NCBI GenBank assembly: GCA_903821635.1
Contig: CAIJLV010000183.1
Span: 97,542 to 161,541 of the forward strand
Origin: an uncultured Verrucomicrobiota bacterium
GTDB taxonomy: Bacteria; Verrucomicrobiota; Verrucomicrobiia; Limisphaerales; UBA9464
DNA: 64,000 bases
Direction of reading: 5' to 3'
Below are positions 47,081-57,676 of the stretch, in pieces. The number at the start of each line of letters is the position of its first letter. The stretch's first letter is position 1. A model generated the notes under the pieces. The model was not told the origin of the DNA and did not search any database. It was given only the letters and a program-made list of their open reading frames with translations. The translations under genes and the position numbers were made by a program.

Positions 47081-48214
47081 ATGATTTCACGCGTGGTTCA
47101 GGCAATCGTGCTCACCGCCTTTGTCGCCTCGGCGGAAGATTCGTCGTTCGCCGAGCGGATTTCACAGCGGGATTTTCCGTCTGTGTTTCAAGCGTGGCAT
47201 GGCGCGACTCCCAGGGCCGGCGCGGACGCCACGACCATGCAGGCATTGCATGATTTGGTGTTCCTGCACCCTTCCATGATTCACCTCCAATCCGAGGCCG
47301 CTTGGGAGGGCACGGCGTTTGACTTTACGCCAGCAAGTATTGCCCAAGCCAAGGCCAAGCGGGCCGCCCTCCGGGCCAAGAATCCACGGCTTATCCTGCT
47401 CGCTGAGATTCGTTACCGGGATGCCCCCAAGGGATTCATCCCGGAAGAGGCTCCGTGGTGGAAGCGGGAGGCCGACAACCAGTTTGTCATCGGATGGGCC
47501 GAGGGTGGATATCGCCTCCTCGACGTGGCGCACCCCGCTTGGCAAGCCCAAGTCGCCAAGCGCGCCAAAGCCGTCATGGATACCGGTGTTTTTGACGGCG
47601 TAATGCTCGATTGGTGGACCGACGACGAGCCCCGGCTACAGCTCATCCGCCAGCTCCGGGCCGCCCTGGGCAACACTGCGCTCGTGCTGGTGAACGCGAA
47701 CGACCGATCGATTCCCCTGACCGCCGAGTATGTGAACGGCCTCTACATGGAATGCTATCGCACCCAGTCGCCGGCCGACTGGCAGCGCATTTCCGAAACC
47801 CTCCGGTGGGCCGAGACTCAGCTTCGCCCGCCGCACATCAATTGCCTCGAAACTTGGTCGCATCAGTCGCGGCGTGACCTGCACCTGATGCGTGCGGTGA
47901 CGACGCTTTCGCTGACTCAATCGGATGGTTATTGCCTCTTTGCCGACCCGAATGAGCTCCCCACTTCAGACCATCTGCATGACTGGTATGCGTTTTGGGA
48001 CAAGGGACTTGGCCGCCCTACGAAGCCAGGTGTCCTGCGCCCCGATGGAGCTTGGGAGCGGGCGTTCTCGGGCGGCACCGTCATCTACAATCCCGCCGGA
48101 GGTTCCAGCGTTACGGTGCGCTTCAATGCACCCTGCCGGAGCCGGGCTTCGGGGCTCACCCGCACCGAACACAGCGTTAACAGCAACGATGGGGACATTT
48201 TCCTCCACCACTAG
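47081..48214 (+). CDS. Secreted putative glycosyl-hydrolase-like TIM-barrel protein (GHL15-like)
   Basis: Signal peptide and ...FDGVMLDWW... blocks. The family assignment is from memory and tentative. The gene is visibly less GC-rich than its neighbours. Confidence 0.55.
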   Translation: MISRVVQAIVLTAFVASAEDSSFAERISQRDFPSVFQAWHGATPRAGADATTMQALHDLVFLHPSMIHLQSEAAWEGTAFDFTPASIAQAKAKRAALRAKNPRLILLAEIRYRDAPKGFIPEEAPWWKREADNQFVIGWAEGGYRLLDVAHPAWQAQVAKRAKAVMDTGVFDGVMLDWWTDDEPRLQLIRQLRAALGNTALVLVNANDRSIPLTAEYVNGLYMECYRTQSPADWQRISETLRWAETQLRPPHINCLETWSHQSRRDLHLMRAVTTLSLTQSDGYCLFADPNELPTSDHLHDWYAFWDKGLGRPTKPGVLRPDGAWERAFSGGTVIYNPAGGSSVTVRFNAPCRSRASGLTRTEHSVNSNDGDIFLHH

Positions 48215-48419
48215 ACGAACCCGGCCGCTTGGAAAACCAGACCCGCAAGTGGCTGAGCTAACGGTGACTACTACGGCGTGGGTGGTCGAAAGTGCTTTAG
48301 CTAGGGTTGGATGGATCCCCGGGGAGGCGCATGAGTAAGGGGATTGATCGCCGAGGGCGCAGAGGAAACCGCCCGCAGCTCAGGCAGGGGGCGGCACCAG
48401 CACTTTGGGTGCCCTCAAC

Positions 48420-49844
48420 TCACGCTCCGCCGGGGCGCAATTCCGGCCACTTTTGAAGCCGGCGGAGCAGGGCTTGGTGGGAGATGCCGAGCTTGGCGGC
48501 GGCGCGGCGGATGCCCCCGTGGGTCTCCGCCAACGCGCGCCGGACGAGTTCGTATTCTTGGGCTTCTAGCGGGGGCAGGTCGCGGCCCGGTAGGGTGACC
48601 GCAGGAGCTGGTTCGGCCGGCGGCGCTTCGGTGGACGAGGGGCTGGGGGCCGGGACGGAGCGGGCTAGTCTGAGCCAAGCGGCGTCGAGGGCGAGCCAGG
48701 CGACGTCGGGCGGGGTGCGGAGCAGGGAGCGTTCGAGCAGGTTACGGAGTTCGCGCGCGTTGCCCGGGTAATCGTAGTGGGCCAGGTCGGGGGCGTCTTC
48801 GGGCCGGAGTTTGGGGGCTTTGCGGCCGTATTTTACCGCCAGTTGATTGAGCAACCGTTCCGCCAGCGCGGGGATTTCTTCCCGGCGTTCGCGCAGGGGC
48901 GGCAGGTGGATGGTGAAGGCGTCGAGGCGGTAGAGCAGGTCTTGGCGGAAGCGGCCGGCGGCGACTTCGGCAAGCAACGGCCGGTTGGTGGCGGCGACGA
49001 CTCGGCCGTTGAACTTCTTGGTGACGGTGCTGCCGAGTGAACGGTATTCGTGGGCTTCCAAAAAACGGAGCAACTTGGCCTGCAGCGGCAGCGGGACTTC
49101 GCCAATCTCGTCGAGGAATAGGGTGCCGTCCTTGGTGGCGCCGACGAGGCCTTCGCGGGTTTTTTCCGCGCCCGTGTAGGCACCGCGTTCGCTGCCGAAG
49201 AGTTCGGCTTCGAACATCTCCGCGGGCATGGAGGCACAGTTCACGGCCACATAGGGCGTGGCCTCGGCCTGGCTGGCGAACGTCCAGCGATGCAAGGCTT
49301 GGGCGGCGACGTCCTTGCCCACGCCCGTCTCGCCGGTGAGCAGGACAGTGGCGGTGGGATGCCGGGCAGCCTGTTGCAGGGCTTGGGCCACTTCGCGCAT
49401 GGCGGCGCTGGCCACGACCATTTCCCCGGCGGGCAGTTGGGTTTTTAGATGGGCAAGGCGGGTCCGCGCCCGGCGGAGGCAGGCGGCGAAGGCGACGGCC
49501 TCAATGGGTTTCGAGAGGTAGTCGAAGAGGCCGTGCCGGGTGAGTTCGACGGCGTGGGCGAGTTCGGGCAGGCCGGTGAGCAGGATGGCGGTTTGAGCTG
49601 GGTTGCGCTTGGCCAGTTCGAAGTAGAAGTCGAAGCCCTTGCCGTCCGGCAGATGATTATCGAGCACCACCACGTCGAAACTGCGTCGCCCGAGGGCGGC
49701 CCGCGCATCGCGCAGGGTGCCGCAGGGCAGCGCCTCGCCGCCGGTTTCGCGCACTACGGCGGCCAGCATCTGGGCGAAGCCGGCGTCGTCTTCGACCAAG
49801 AGGCAAGAATAGTCGCGGGGTGGCGGGGTGGTGGTGGGGCTCAT
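48420..49844 (-). CDS. Sigma-54-dependent response regulator (NtrC family enhancer-binding protein)
   Basis: Receiver with DD...D (VVVLDNHLPDG), AAA+ Walker A GETGVGKD, sigma-54 contact loop E(R)GAYTGA (GAFTGA variant), Walker B LFLDEIGE and a C-terminal Fis-type HTH. Confidence 0.9.
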   Translation of the reverse strand: MSPTTTPPPRDYSCLLVEDDAGFAQMLAAVVRETGGEALPCGTLRDARAALGRRSFDVVVLDNHLPDGKGFDFYFELAKRNPAQTAILLTGLPELAHAVELTRHGLFDYLSKPIEAVAFAACLRRARTRLAHLKTQLPAGEMVVASAAMREVAQALQQAARHPTATVLLTGETGVGKDVAAQALHRWTFASQAEATPYVAVNCASMPAEMFEAELFGSERGAYTGAEKTREGLVGATKDGTLFLDEIGEVPLPLQAKLLRFLEAHEYRSLGSTVTKKFNGRVVAATNRPLLAEVAAGRFRQDLLYRLDAFTIHLPPLRERREEIPALAERLLNQLAVKYGRKAPKLRPEDAPDLAHYDYPGNARELRNLLERSLLRTPPDVAWLALDAAWLRLARSVPAPSPSSTEAPPAEPAPAVTLPGRDLPPLEAQEYELVRRALAETHGGIRRAAAKLGISHQALLRRLQKWPELRPGGA

Positions 49845-49913
49845 GCGGCTGGCGGGAGGGGGCGGAAGCTTGGGGCAACAGGATTTGGCGGCGGTGGGTT
49901 GGGGCGGGGTTGC

Positions 49914-51425
49914 TCATTCGACCCGGACCCGAAAAAAGGCGGCCGTGCTGGCGGGGGGCAAATTGGTAAAACTCAGCGGTGCGCCGGTGCCCTCGAGCAC
50001 GGTGAGCGAGGTCCAATTCGTGCCTCCGAGGGCGGGCGTTGATTCCAGCCGGTAGCGGGCCCCGAGGACCGAGGGGAACGTCAACACGGGCTGTTCGCTG
50101 AGGAAACGGGCGGCGACAGGTGGCGGCTGGGTGTCGGTGAGGAGTCGGTAGTTGAGGTGAGCGACGCCGCGGGTTTGGTTGGCGCCGTCCACCACCACGA
50201 GGTAGGTCCGGGTTTTCGAGGCGGCGAATTCCAGCCGACTGGTCAGGCCGTTGGGGCCGGAATTGTGGTCACATGTGACGGGAATGAGCCCGGCGTAGCC
50301 GATCAAAGGGGGATCAAAGGTGTAAACCGCGAGGACCGTATCGAAATTGCTGCCGTCGGTGTCGAGTCGGGCCGTGCCGTCGGCGGGCGGCTGGTAGGCA
50401 AACCAGTAGGAAGCGGAGCCGACGAGGCCGCAGTGAGGGGGTTCGTCCGGATCGCGGCGGGCGAACACCGTATTGAAAATCTGCGAGCCGCTGAACCCGC
50501 GCGTCACGCCCAAGCCGGCGTTCCGGGCGAGCGCGGCCCGGGCCACCCGCGAGCTGGGGGCGGCTTCCTCGGCCAGCGCGGCGTCAAGGGCGTCGAGCGG
50601 TTTGTCTCGGGCCAGCGCGGTGGCGTCACCCTCGGAGTTGATCTGAATTTCGATGGGAGCGCTGTAGAGTTCACCCTCCTTGAACTTCACTTCGAGTTGG
50701 TATTCACCGACGTGCGCTTGGCTGAAGTTGGGGATGACCAACTGGTAGTTGTCCGCCCCATCAATGTCCTCGCCGTTAAAATACCATTCCAGTTCAACCG
50801 CCTCCGACCCTTGGATGTCCACGGACAGCACCAAGGTGTCGCCGGCCCGCACCGAGCGGTCGGCCTCGCTGCTCAGGATCAGGGGCACCTGCTGGGAGAG
50901 CTCGCTGAAGGTCCAGCCCAAGGTCACTGGTCCGGTGGCCCCGGCAAAACCGTCCACTGCCACCTCGTAGCGCACGCCCGCCCGGACCCCGAAGGTGACC
51001 TGACTGGTGGCGTCGGGCGTGGGGTAATCGTCGTCCTGCTCGGCCACTTGCTTCAAATCAGCGAAGGGTTTCAAGGGATCCGCCGGTCCCGGCAGACCGC
51101 CCTTCAATTCCCGTTCGTAAGCGTAGACGGACAGCAGGGTGTCGAACGTGGTGCCGGCGGTGGTAAACGTGGCGACCCCGTTGGCCGGCGCGACCCACGA
51201 AAGCCAAATCGAAGCGCTGCCGCGTTTGCCGCCATGTTTGGGTTCCCCATATTCGCGGGTCGCGCCCCGGGTGCTGCCGGTGCCGGTGCCGCTGGGCCCG
51301 ACGGCAAAGCCCCGCGCGGCGAACGCGTCCGCAAACGGCAGTTCGGCCGCCTGAGCCCGTCCTCCGGCGAGGAGGACGGCACTCAGACAACTCCAACGAA
51401 CGATGGCTTGGGCAGGGCGCAGCAT
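49914..51425 (-). CDS. Secreted protein with two copies of a beta-sandwich module flanking an Ig-like domain (hypothetical)
   Basis: Signal peptide. Duplicated blocks are EYGEPKHGG..SASIWLSWVAPANG..FDTLLSVYAY and DEPPHCG..SASYWFAYQPPADG..FDTVLAVYTF. The central region LEWYFNGEDI..VGEYQLEV is Ig I-set-like. Confidence 0.65.
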   Translation of the reverse strand: MLRPAQAIVRWSCLSAVLLAGGRAQAAELPFADAFAARGFAVGPSGTGTGSTRGATREYGEPKHGGKRGSASIWLSWVAPANGVATFTTAGTTFDTLLSVYAYERELKGGLPGPADPLKPFADLKQVAEQDDDYPTPDATSQVTFGVRAGVRYEVAVDGFAGATGPVTLGWTFSELSQQVPLILSSEADRSVRAGDTLVLSVDIQGSEAVELEWYFNGEDIDGADNYQLVIPNFSQAHVGEYQLEVKFKEGELYSAPIEIQINSEGDATALARDKPLDALDAALAEEAAPSSRVARAALARNAGLGVTRGFSGSQIFNTVFARRDPDEPPHCGLVGSASYWFAYQPPADGTARLDTDGSNFDTVLAVYTFDPPLIGYAGLIPVTCDHNSGPNGLTSRLEFAASKTRTYLVVVDGANQTRGVAHLNYRLLTDTQPPPVAARFLSEQPVLTFPSVLGARYRLESTPALGGTNWTSLTVLEGTGAPLSFTNLPPASTAAFFRVRVE

Positions 51426-51762
51426 GGAAACGACCCGGAAGGATTGCTCAATTTCGACGGTAACGGTAGCCCGCAGACAACCTGGCGCCCGAACAATCCA
51501 TCTCCCACGGGAGGTCGCAGTATGAATGCCAGCCTCCGCTCCCGCCAGAAGTTGGGTGAAATGGCCTCAAAAATGGGGCGACGGACGGGGCCACGTGCCG
51601 CCAATGGACCGGCGGTGGTGCGATTTCGGACCACCGTCGGCAGGGATGCGCCGGCCACTGCGTGGTGACCTCCCGGGGTTGGCCTTTTGAATTCCTTGTC
51701 GGCGGGCGTGAAATTCCTAGTGTCCCGTCACCGAATCGGTCCGGCATCCGCCGGCAATCTTG

Positions 51763-54102
51763 ATGAACGAACCTGCCATCACTCCGGAACTCGTCGCGAA
51801 GCACAATCTGACTCCTGACGAGTATCAGAAGGTCCTCGAAATCTTGGGCCGCACTCCCACCTACACCGAACTGGGCATCTTTTCGGTCATGTGGTCGGAG
51901 CACTGCTCCTACAAGAACACCCGGCCCGTGCTGAAGACCTTCCCGACCAAGGGCGACAAGATCCTGGTTGGCGCGGGCGAGGAGAACGCCGGCATCATCG
52001 ACGTGGGCGACGGCGTGGCGATCGCGTTCAAGATCGAATCGCACAACCATCCCAGCGCCGTGGAACCGTTCCAAGGCGCCGCGACCGGCGTGGGTGGCAT
52101 CATTCGCGACATCTTCACCATGGGCGCCCGGCCGGTGGCCGCGCTGAATTCACTCCGCTTCGGTGAACTCTCCAATCCCGAGGTGCGCCGCCTGTTTACC
52201 GGAGTGGTCAGCGGCATCGCGCATTACGGCAACTGCTTCGGCATCCCCACGATCGCCGGCGAGGTCTATTTCGACAAAAGCTACGAGGGCAATCCGCTGG
52301 TCAACGCCTTCGCGCTCGGCGTGTTGCGCCACGACCAGATCACGCGGGGCGCGGCCAAAGGCGTCGGTAATCCCGTCTTCTACGTCGGCCCCGCTACGGG
52401 GCGTGACGGGCTCGCGGGCGCCGCGTTTGCGTCGCAGGATTTGACCGAAGAATCCGCCGAACAACAGCGCGGCGCGGTGCAGGTGGGCGATCCCTTCATG
52501 GAGAAGCTCGTCTGCGAAGCCTGCCTCGAACTGCTCGCCACCGGTTGCGTGGCCGGCATGCAGGACATGGGCGCCGCCGGGTTGACCTGCTCGACCTGCG
52601 AAACCGCCGCCCGCGCCGGCACGGGGATCGAGATCGAATTGGACAAGGTGCCGCAACGGGCGCCGAACATGTCCAGCTACGAGATCATGCTCAGCGAGTC
52701 GCAGGAGCGTATGCTCATCGTGGTCCACAAGGGCCAGGAAGAGGCCGTGAAACGCATCTTTGACAAGTGGGACCTGCCTTGGTCCGAGATTGGGATCGTG
52801 ACCAATACCGGCCGGATGGTCGTGCGCCACGGCGGCCAGATTGTGGTCGATGTGCCCGCCGCGAAGTTGGCTGACGAAGCCCCCGTCTATCAGCGCGAAG
52901 CCAAGGAAGCCGCCTACATGGCTGGCGTCCGCGCCTTCCGTCTCGACGGGTTGGCCGACACCCAAGACGCCGCGGGCGACCTGAAGAAGCTGCTCGCCAA
53001 CCACTCCATCGCCTCGAAGAACTGGGTCTATCGCCAATACGATCACATGGTCCGCGATGGCTCGGTAGTGTGCCCCGGCAGCGATGCCGCCGTCATTCGC
53101 ATCAAAGGCGACAGCCTCCCGATCACCAAGGCTGAATACGCTGCGAAACAGGCCGGCCAACCCGCGCCCGTGACCTCAGTGCCCGACAAGTTCGTGGCCT
53201 TCACCTGCGACTGCAACGGCGCCTATGTTTACCTCGATCCCTATGAAGGCGGCAAAGCGGCCATCACCGAAGCCTGCCGCAACCTCGCCTGCACGGGCGC
53301 GGTGCCTGTGGGTTCGACCGACAACCTGAACTTTGGCAACCCGCACTATCCGGAGATCTTCTGGCAGTTGAAGGAATCCGTGCGTGGGCTCGCCGAAGGC
53401 TGCCGCGCCTTCGATGCGCCCGTCACCGGGGGCAATGTGTCGCTCTACAACCAGCGCGGCGCGCTCGGCGCGATTGATCCGACCCCCACCGTCGCGGTGG
53501 TCGGCATTATCGACGACCCGAAGCACATCACCACCCAGTGGTTCAAAGACGACGGCGACGCCATCATCCTGCTCGGCGCCCCGGTGGATACCATTGATCC
53601 GTTGCAAGGGTTGGGCGGCAGCGCCTGCCTGAAGACCCTGCACGGGCAGAAGACCGGCCTGCCCCCGCGCGTGGATTTGGCCGCGGCGAAGACGTTGCAC
53701 ACCACCGTGCTCGGCCTGATTCACGAAGGCGTCGTGAAGAGCGCCCATGATTGCAGCGAAGGCGGCCTAGCCGTGACCTTGGCGGAAAGCTGTTTCAGCC
53801 ACCAGATCGCGAAGGAGACGTTCCAGTTCCTTGGCGCGACCGTGGATCTTTCCGCCTTCACCGGCAGCCGCTTGGACGCCCTGCTCTTTGGTGAGACCCA
53901 GAACCGCGTGGTGATTTCGGTTGCGGCCACTGATGCCGGTCGCGTCGTAAAGCAGGCCCAGATCATGGGCGTGCCCGCAGTCGTCATCGGCAAGGTCAAC
54001 GGGGACACCCTAGCGGTGAAAACTGCCGCGGGTGAATTCAGCGCCCCGGTCGCCGAGTTGCACGACGCCTGGTGGCACAGCATCGCCCGGGCGATGGCCT
54101 AG
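51763..54102 (+). CDS. purL: Phosphoribosylformylglycinamidine synthase subunit PurL
   Basis: ...[15 protein letters not shown]..., ESHNHPS and GGNVSLYN blocks. ATG at 51763 (TTG at 51760 in the ORF track). Confidence 0.95.
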   Translation: MNEPAITPELVAKHNLTPDEYQKVLEILGRTPTYTELGIFSVMWSEHCSYKNTRPVLKTFPTKGDKILVGAGEENAGIIDVGDGVAIAFKIESHNHPSAVEPFQGAATGVGGIIRDIFTMGARPVAALNSLRFGELSNPEVRRLFTGVVSGIAHYGNCFGIPTIAGEVYFDKSYEGNPLVNAFALGVLRHDQITRGAAKGVGNPVFYVGPATGRDGLAGAAFASQDLTEESAEQQRGAVQVGDPFMEKLVCEACLELLATGCVAGMQDMGAAGLTCSTCETAARAGTGIEIELDKVPQRAPNMSSYEIMLSESQERMLIVVHKGQEEAVKRIFDKWDLPWSEIGIVTNTGRMVVRHGGQIVVDVPAAKLADEAPVYQREAKEAAYMAGVRAFRLDGLADTQDAAGDLKKLLANHSIASKNWVYRQYDHMVRDGSVVCPGSDAAVIRIKGDSLPITKAEYAAKQAGQPAPVTSVPDKFVAFTCDCNGAYVYLDPYEGGKAAITEACRNLACTGAVPVGSTDNLNFGNPHYPEIFWQLKESVRGLAEGCRAFDAPVTGGNVSLYNQRGALGAIDPTPTVAVVGIIDDPKHITTQWFKDDGDAIILLGAPVDTIDPLQGLGGSACLKTLHGQKTGLPPRVDLAAAKTLHTTVLGLIHEGVVKSAHDCSEGGLAVTLAESCFSHQIAKETFQFLGATVDLSAFTGSRLDALLFGETQNRVVISVAATDAGRVVKQAQIMGVPAVVIGKVNGDTLAVKTAAGEFSAPVAELHDAWWHSIARAMA

Positions 54103-54980
54103 TTCAGGTGCGCTTTGGGGCTGGGTTTGACCGGGACCCTCCGGGGCCCCGGGGAGGCGACCGCGCCGCGGCGGTAAATCACGTAGTAAACGAGGCCCAC
54201 GAGGCCGGCGCCGCCCACCAAGTTGCCCAAGGTCACCGGGAGCAGATTGCGCCCGAGGCCGAGCCAAGACAGCGACTCCCAGTGGGCGATGCCGTCGGCG
54301 GGCACGCCGGGGGCCAGAAAAATCCCCAATGGGATGACATACATGTTCGCGATGCTGTGCTCAAAGCCGCCCGCGACGAACGCCGTGACGGGTAGGATGA
54401 CGGCGAGCAACTTGTCCGTCACGGAACGCCCGGCCAGCGCCAACCACACCGCGAGGCAGACCAGCAGGTTGGCCAGCACCCCCTTAAAAAACGCCTCAGC
54501 AAACGGCAGAGCGCATTTCGCCGCGGCTAGGCGGACGGCCTGCTGCGCCACAGCGCCCTGATTTAAATCGCCGTGCCCGGAAAGCGCGACCAACCCGGCC
54601 AAGCCGACGGCGCCGACGAAGTTGGCGCCATAAACTAGGGCCAAGTGCTGGCAAAACTTCGCCGGCCGGATTCGGCCCGCGACGGCAGCCATCACGAGCA
54701 GGTTGTTCCCGGTAAACAGTTCTGCGCCCGCCACCACGACGAGCAGCAAGCCGAGCGAAAAGACGGCTCCGCTCAGCACCCGCGTGGCGGCAAAACCCAG
54801 CAGGGAATCACTGGCGACCAACGTGGAGAACATCGCGCCCAACCCGATGAAGCCGCCGGCGAGCACGCCGAGCGCGAGGAGTGAAACCAACGGCAGGTTG
54901 GCCTTGGTGACACCGACATTCTCCACGCGCTCGGCGATTTCCCGCGGGGAATAAGCATCGGAGCCAAAGATTTCGGGCAT
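54099..54980 (-). CDS. focA: Formate/nitrite transporter (FNT) family channel, probable formate channel
   Basis: ATG at 54980 gives a 293-aa six-TM protein with FNT blocks ([19 protein letters not shown]). The long ORF-track N-terminus is Arg-rich and non-coding. It sits 2 nt after the fdh gene. Confidence 0.8.
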   Translation of the reverse strand: MPEIFGSDAYSPREIAERVENVGVTKANLPLVSLLALGVLAGGFIGLGAMFSTLVASDSLLGFAATRVLSGAVFSLGLLLVVVAGAELFTGNNLLVMAAVAGRIRPAKFCQHLALVYGANFVGAVGLAGLVALSGHGDLNQGAVAQQAVRLAAAKCALPFAEAFFKGVLANLLVCLAVWLALAGRSVTDKLLAVILPVTAFVAGGFEHSIANMYVIPLGIFLAPGVPADGIAHWESLSWLGLGRNLLPVTLGNLVGGAGLVGLVYYVIYRRGAVASPGPRRVPVKPSPKAHLN

Positions 54981-54982
54981 GG

Positions 54983-57676
54983 TCAGACTTTCTCCACGTT
55001 CACGGCCACGACCTTGTATTCCGGCGTCCCGGTGACGGCATCGCGGCCGGGTCCGGTGACCCGGTTTAAAAATGATTCCACCGTGTGGAACGTGGCGAAC
55101 AATTCGCCCGGCTTGATCCGTGGATCCGGGCGCACCGGTAGGGTGGTGACGCCGTGGCGGCTGCGCAGGCGCACGCGGTCGCCGGCCCGCAGGCCGAGAC
55201 GTTCGGCGTCGCCGGGCGCGCAGTCGAGCGTGTCGGTGGCGCGGAGCAGCGAGTTGGGCGTGCGGCCGGTCATGGTGCCGGCGTTGAATTGATAGAGCGA
55301 ACGCCCCGTGGTGAGGAGGAATGGAAATTCGCCGGTGACCACCTCCGGACTGGCCGCGTAAGGCAGGCACTTGAGTGCCGCGCGCGGGCCGTGCGGAAAA
55401 CTCTGCACGTGTAAGATGGGGGTGCCGGGGTGAGCTTCTGTGGGGCAGGGCCATTGCCGCCCGCCTGCTTCCAGCCGGGCGTAGCTAAGCCCCGCCCCCG
55501 CGGGCCAGACGCGCCGGACTTCGTCCCAAATCGCCTCGGCGGAGGTGAAGTTGAACTGCTCGCCGTGGCCCATCGCCCGCGCGACCGCGCACATGATTTC
55601 CCAATCCGGTTTGGCTTCCCCGGGGGCGGCGACCGCTGGGCGCACCCGTTGCACCCGGCGCTCCGAGTTCATGAAGGTGCCGTCCTTTTCAAACGAGGAA
55701 CTTGCGGGCAGGAAGACGTGGGCAAACTCCCGCGCGAGTTCGTTCTCGAACAAGTCTTGCACGATGACGAGGTCGAGTTGTCCCAACGCCGCCCGGGTCG
55801 CGGCCGCATGGGGGTTGGTCAGGGCCACGTCGTATCCGATGGCCCACAGCGCCTTGAGTTTCCCGGCGCCGGCGGCCTCGATCATCGCCATCAAGTTCAG
55901 CCCCGGGGTGCGCGGCAACGGCGCCTGCCACGCGGCTTCGAAGCGGTCGCGGGCCAGTTCAGTCGGGACGTAGCCGGTCAGGTTGTTCGGTTCGCAGCCC
56001 ATGTGGGCGGCGCCCTGCACGTTGTTCTGGCCGCGCAGGGGATTCACGCCGGAGCCCGGCCGACCGAAGTTGCCGGTGAGCAGGGCCAAGTTGACGAGCC
56101 CCATCACGCCGTCGGTGCCCTGAATGTGTTCGGTCGTCCCGAGCCCGTGAAAACACATCGCCGGCCGCTCGGTCGCGTAGAGGCGCGCGGCGTGGCGGAT
56201 GCGCTCGGCGGCGACGCCGGTGAGCGGGGCCACGCGCTCCGGCGTCCAGGTGGCGATGAACTCGCGGAAGGTGTCGAAGTCCGCCACGCGATCACGGAGC
56301 GCGGTCGGGTCCACGAGATCCTCCGTCACCAGCACGTGGGCGAGGGCGTTGAGCAGCGGCACGTTGGTGCCCGGGCGCAGCGCGAGGTGGCAGTCGGCGA
56401 GGCGGGCCAATTCGGTGGTGCGGGGATCCAGCACGATAAGTTTCGCGCCGTGCCGGGCGGCCTGCTTGATGCGTGCGCCTACGATCGGATGACTTTCCGT
56501 GGGGTTGCAGCCGCAGAGCAGCAGGGCGCGGGCGTGTTCGATGTCGGCGAAGGAATTGGTGGCCGCACCGGTGCCCAGGGTGGTCTTCATGCCGGCGGCG
56601 GAGGGCGCGTGGCAGACGCGGGCGCAGCAGTCCACGTTGTTCGTGCCGAGCACGACCCGGGCAAATTTCTGGGCGAGGTAATTCTCCTCGTTGGTCCCGC
56701 GCGCGGAGCCCAAGACTCCCACGCTGTCTGGGCCAAATTCCCGCACCAAATGGCCCAACCGCTCGGCGACCCACTGGATGGCCTCGGTCCAGCTCACCGT
56801 TTGCCAAGCTCCGTTTCGGCGCCACCGCGGTTGGGTGGCGCGGTCGGCGGCGTGGGTGAAGTCGAAGGCATAGCGGCCTTTGACGCAGAGATGGCCGCGA
56901 TTCACGGGTGCTTCGGGAACTGGTTTCACCTGCACGATGCGCCCGGCGCGCGTGCCGACGTGGAGTTCGCAGCCGACGCCGCAGTAGGGGCAGGTCGTGC
57001 GGGTCCAGTGGGTGGGGGCGCCGTGTTGCCAGACCGATTGGTCGCTGATCGCACCGGTGGGGCAGGTGTCGGCACAGGCGCCGCAACTCACGCAAGAACT
57101 GGTCAGCAGACTGGTTCCGTAATCAGGCACGATCCGGGTGGTGGCACCGCGGCCCACCGCGTGCCAGACCGACTGGCCCTGCACTTCGTCACAGATCCGG
57201 ACACAGCGGAAACACGTAATGCACCGGGACATGTCGATCCGCAGATATGGGTGGGTGAAATCCACCAAGCGGGGCCCGGGATTGCCCCCGGTTGCGCCCC
57301 GCATATTACCGGCGGCGGCGGCGAAACCCAAGCCGTAATGCTGCCGCCAACGGGTGAATGGCGTCCCGGCGTTGTCCGCCGTCGTGGCCGCGGGATGTGA
57401 CTCGCCCAACAGACGGAGAATTTCGGTCCGGCCGGCTTCGAGTTCCGGAGAATGGGTCGTGACGCGGAGCTCCGCCGTGACCGGGGTGCAACAGGCGGGC
57501 ACTGGATGGGGGCTGCCGGTGACTTCTACGAGGCAAAGGCGGCAGGCGCCGGCGGGCTTCAACCGGTCGTCGTGACACAGCGTGGGCAACTCGACGCCGG
57601 CGAGGTGACACGCCGTCAGCAGCGTGGCCCCGGCCGGGACTTCGAGCGCCCGTTCATTGATGAAAACTTGGGGCAT
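54983..57676 (-). CDS. fdhA: Formate dehydrogenase alpha subunit (molybdopterin, with N-terminal 2Fe-2S and 4Fe-4S domains); Cys-type, no in-frame TGA
   Basis: N-terminal CRLCLVEV (2Fe-2S) and CxxCxxCxxxC clusters. The MopB domain has ...CARVCHAPS..., with Cys where Sec-type enzymes have U. ATG at 57676 verified. Confidence 0.88.
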   Translation of the reverse strand: MPQVFINERALEVPAGATLLTACHLAGVELPTLCHDDRLKPAGACRLCLVEVTGSPHPVPACCTPVTAELRVTTHSPELEAGRTEILRLLGESHPAATTADNAGTPFTRWRQHYGLGFAAAAGNMRGATGGNPGPRLVDFTHPYLRIDMSRCITCFRCVRICDEVQGQSVWHAVGRGATTRIVPDYGTSLLTSSCVSCGACADTCPTGAISDQSVWQHGAPTHWTRTTCPYCGVGCELHVGTRAGRIVQVKPVPEAPVNRGHLCVKGRYAFDFTHAADRATQPRWRRNGAWQTVSWTEAIQWVAERLGHLVREFGPDSVGVLGSARGTNEENYLAQKFARVVLGTNNVDCCARVCHAPSAAGMKTTLGTGAATNSFADIEHARALLLCGCNPTESHPIVGARIKQAARHGAKLIVLDPRTTELARLADCHLALRPGTNVPLLNALAHVLVTEDLVDPTALRDRVADFDTFREFIATWTPERVAPLTGVAAERIRHAARLYATERPAMCFHGLGTTEHIQGTDGVMGLVNLALLTGNFGRPGSGVNPLRGQNNVQGAAHMGCEPNNLTGYVPTELARDRFEAAWQAPLPRTPGLNLMAMIEAAGAGKLKALWAIGYDVALTNPHAAATRAALGQLDLVIVQDLFENELAREFAHVFLPASSSFEKDGTFMNSERRVQRVRPAVAAPGEAKPDWEIMCAVARAMGHGEQFNFTSAEAIWDEVRRVWPAGAGLSYARLEAGGRQWPCPTEAHPGTPILHVQSFPHGPRAALKCLPYAASPEVVTGEFPFLLTTGRSLYQFNAGTMTGRTPNSLLRATDTLDCAPGDAERLGLRAGDRVRLRSRHGVTTLPVRPDPRIKPGELFATFHTVESFLNRVTGPGRDAVTGTPEYKVVAVNVEKV

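Noticed and set aside
51426-51759. The 334-bp divergent intergenic region upstream of purL, checked for a purine/ZTP-type riboswitch. It contains an 11-bp hairpin at 51609-51640 and a 49-codon basic ORF.
   Set aside because: The conserved ZTP (pfl) or purine riboswitch core sequences are not present. The hairpin alone is uninformative. The small ORF is Arg-rich with no support.
54983-57676. Checked the formate dehydrogenase gene for an in-frame TGA (selenocysteine) and a SECIS element
   Set aside because: The frame is uninterrupted, and the active-site position is Cys (CARVCH). There is no recoding.
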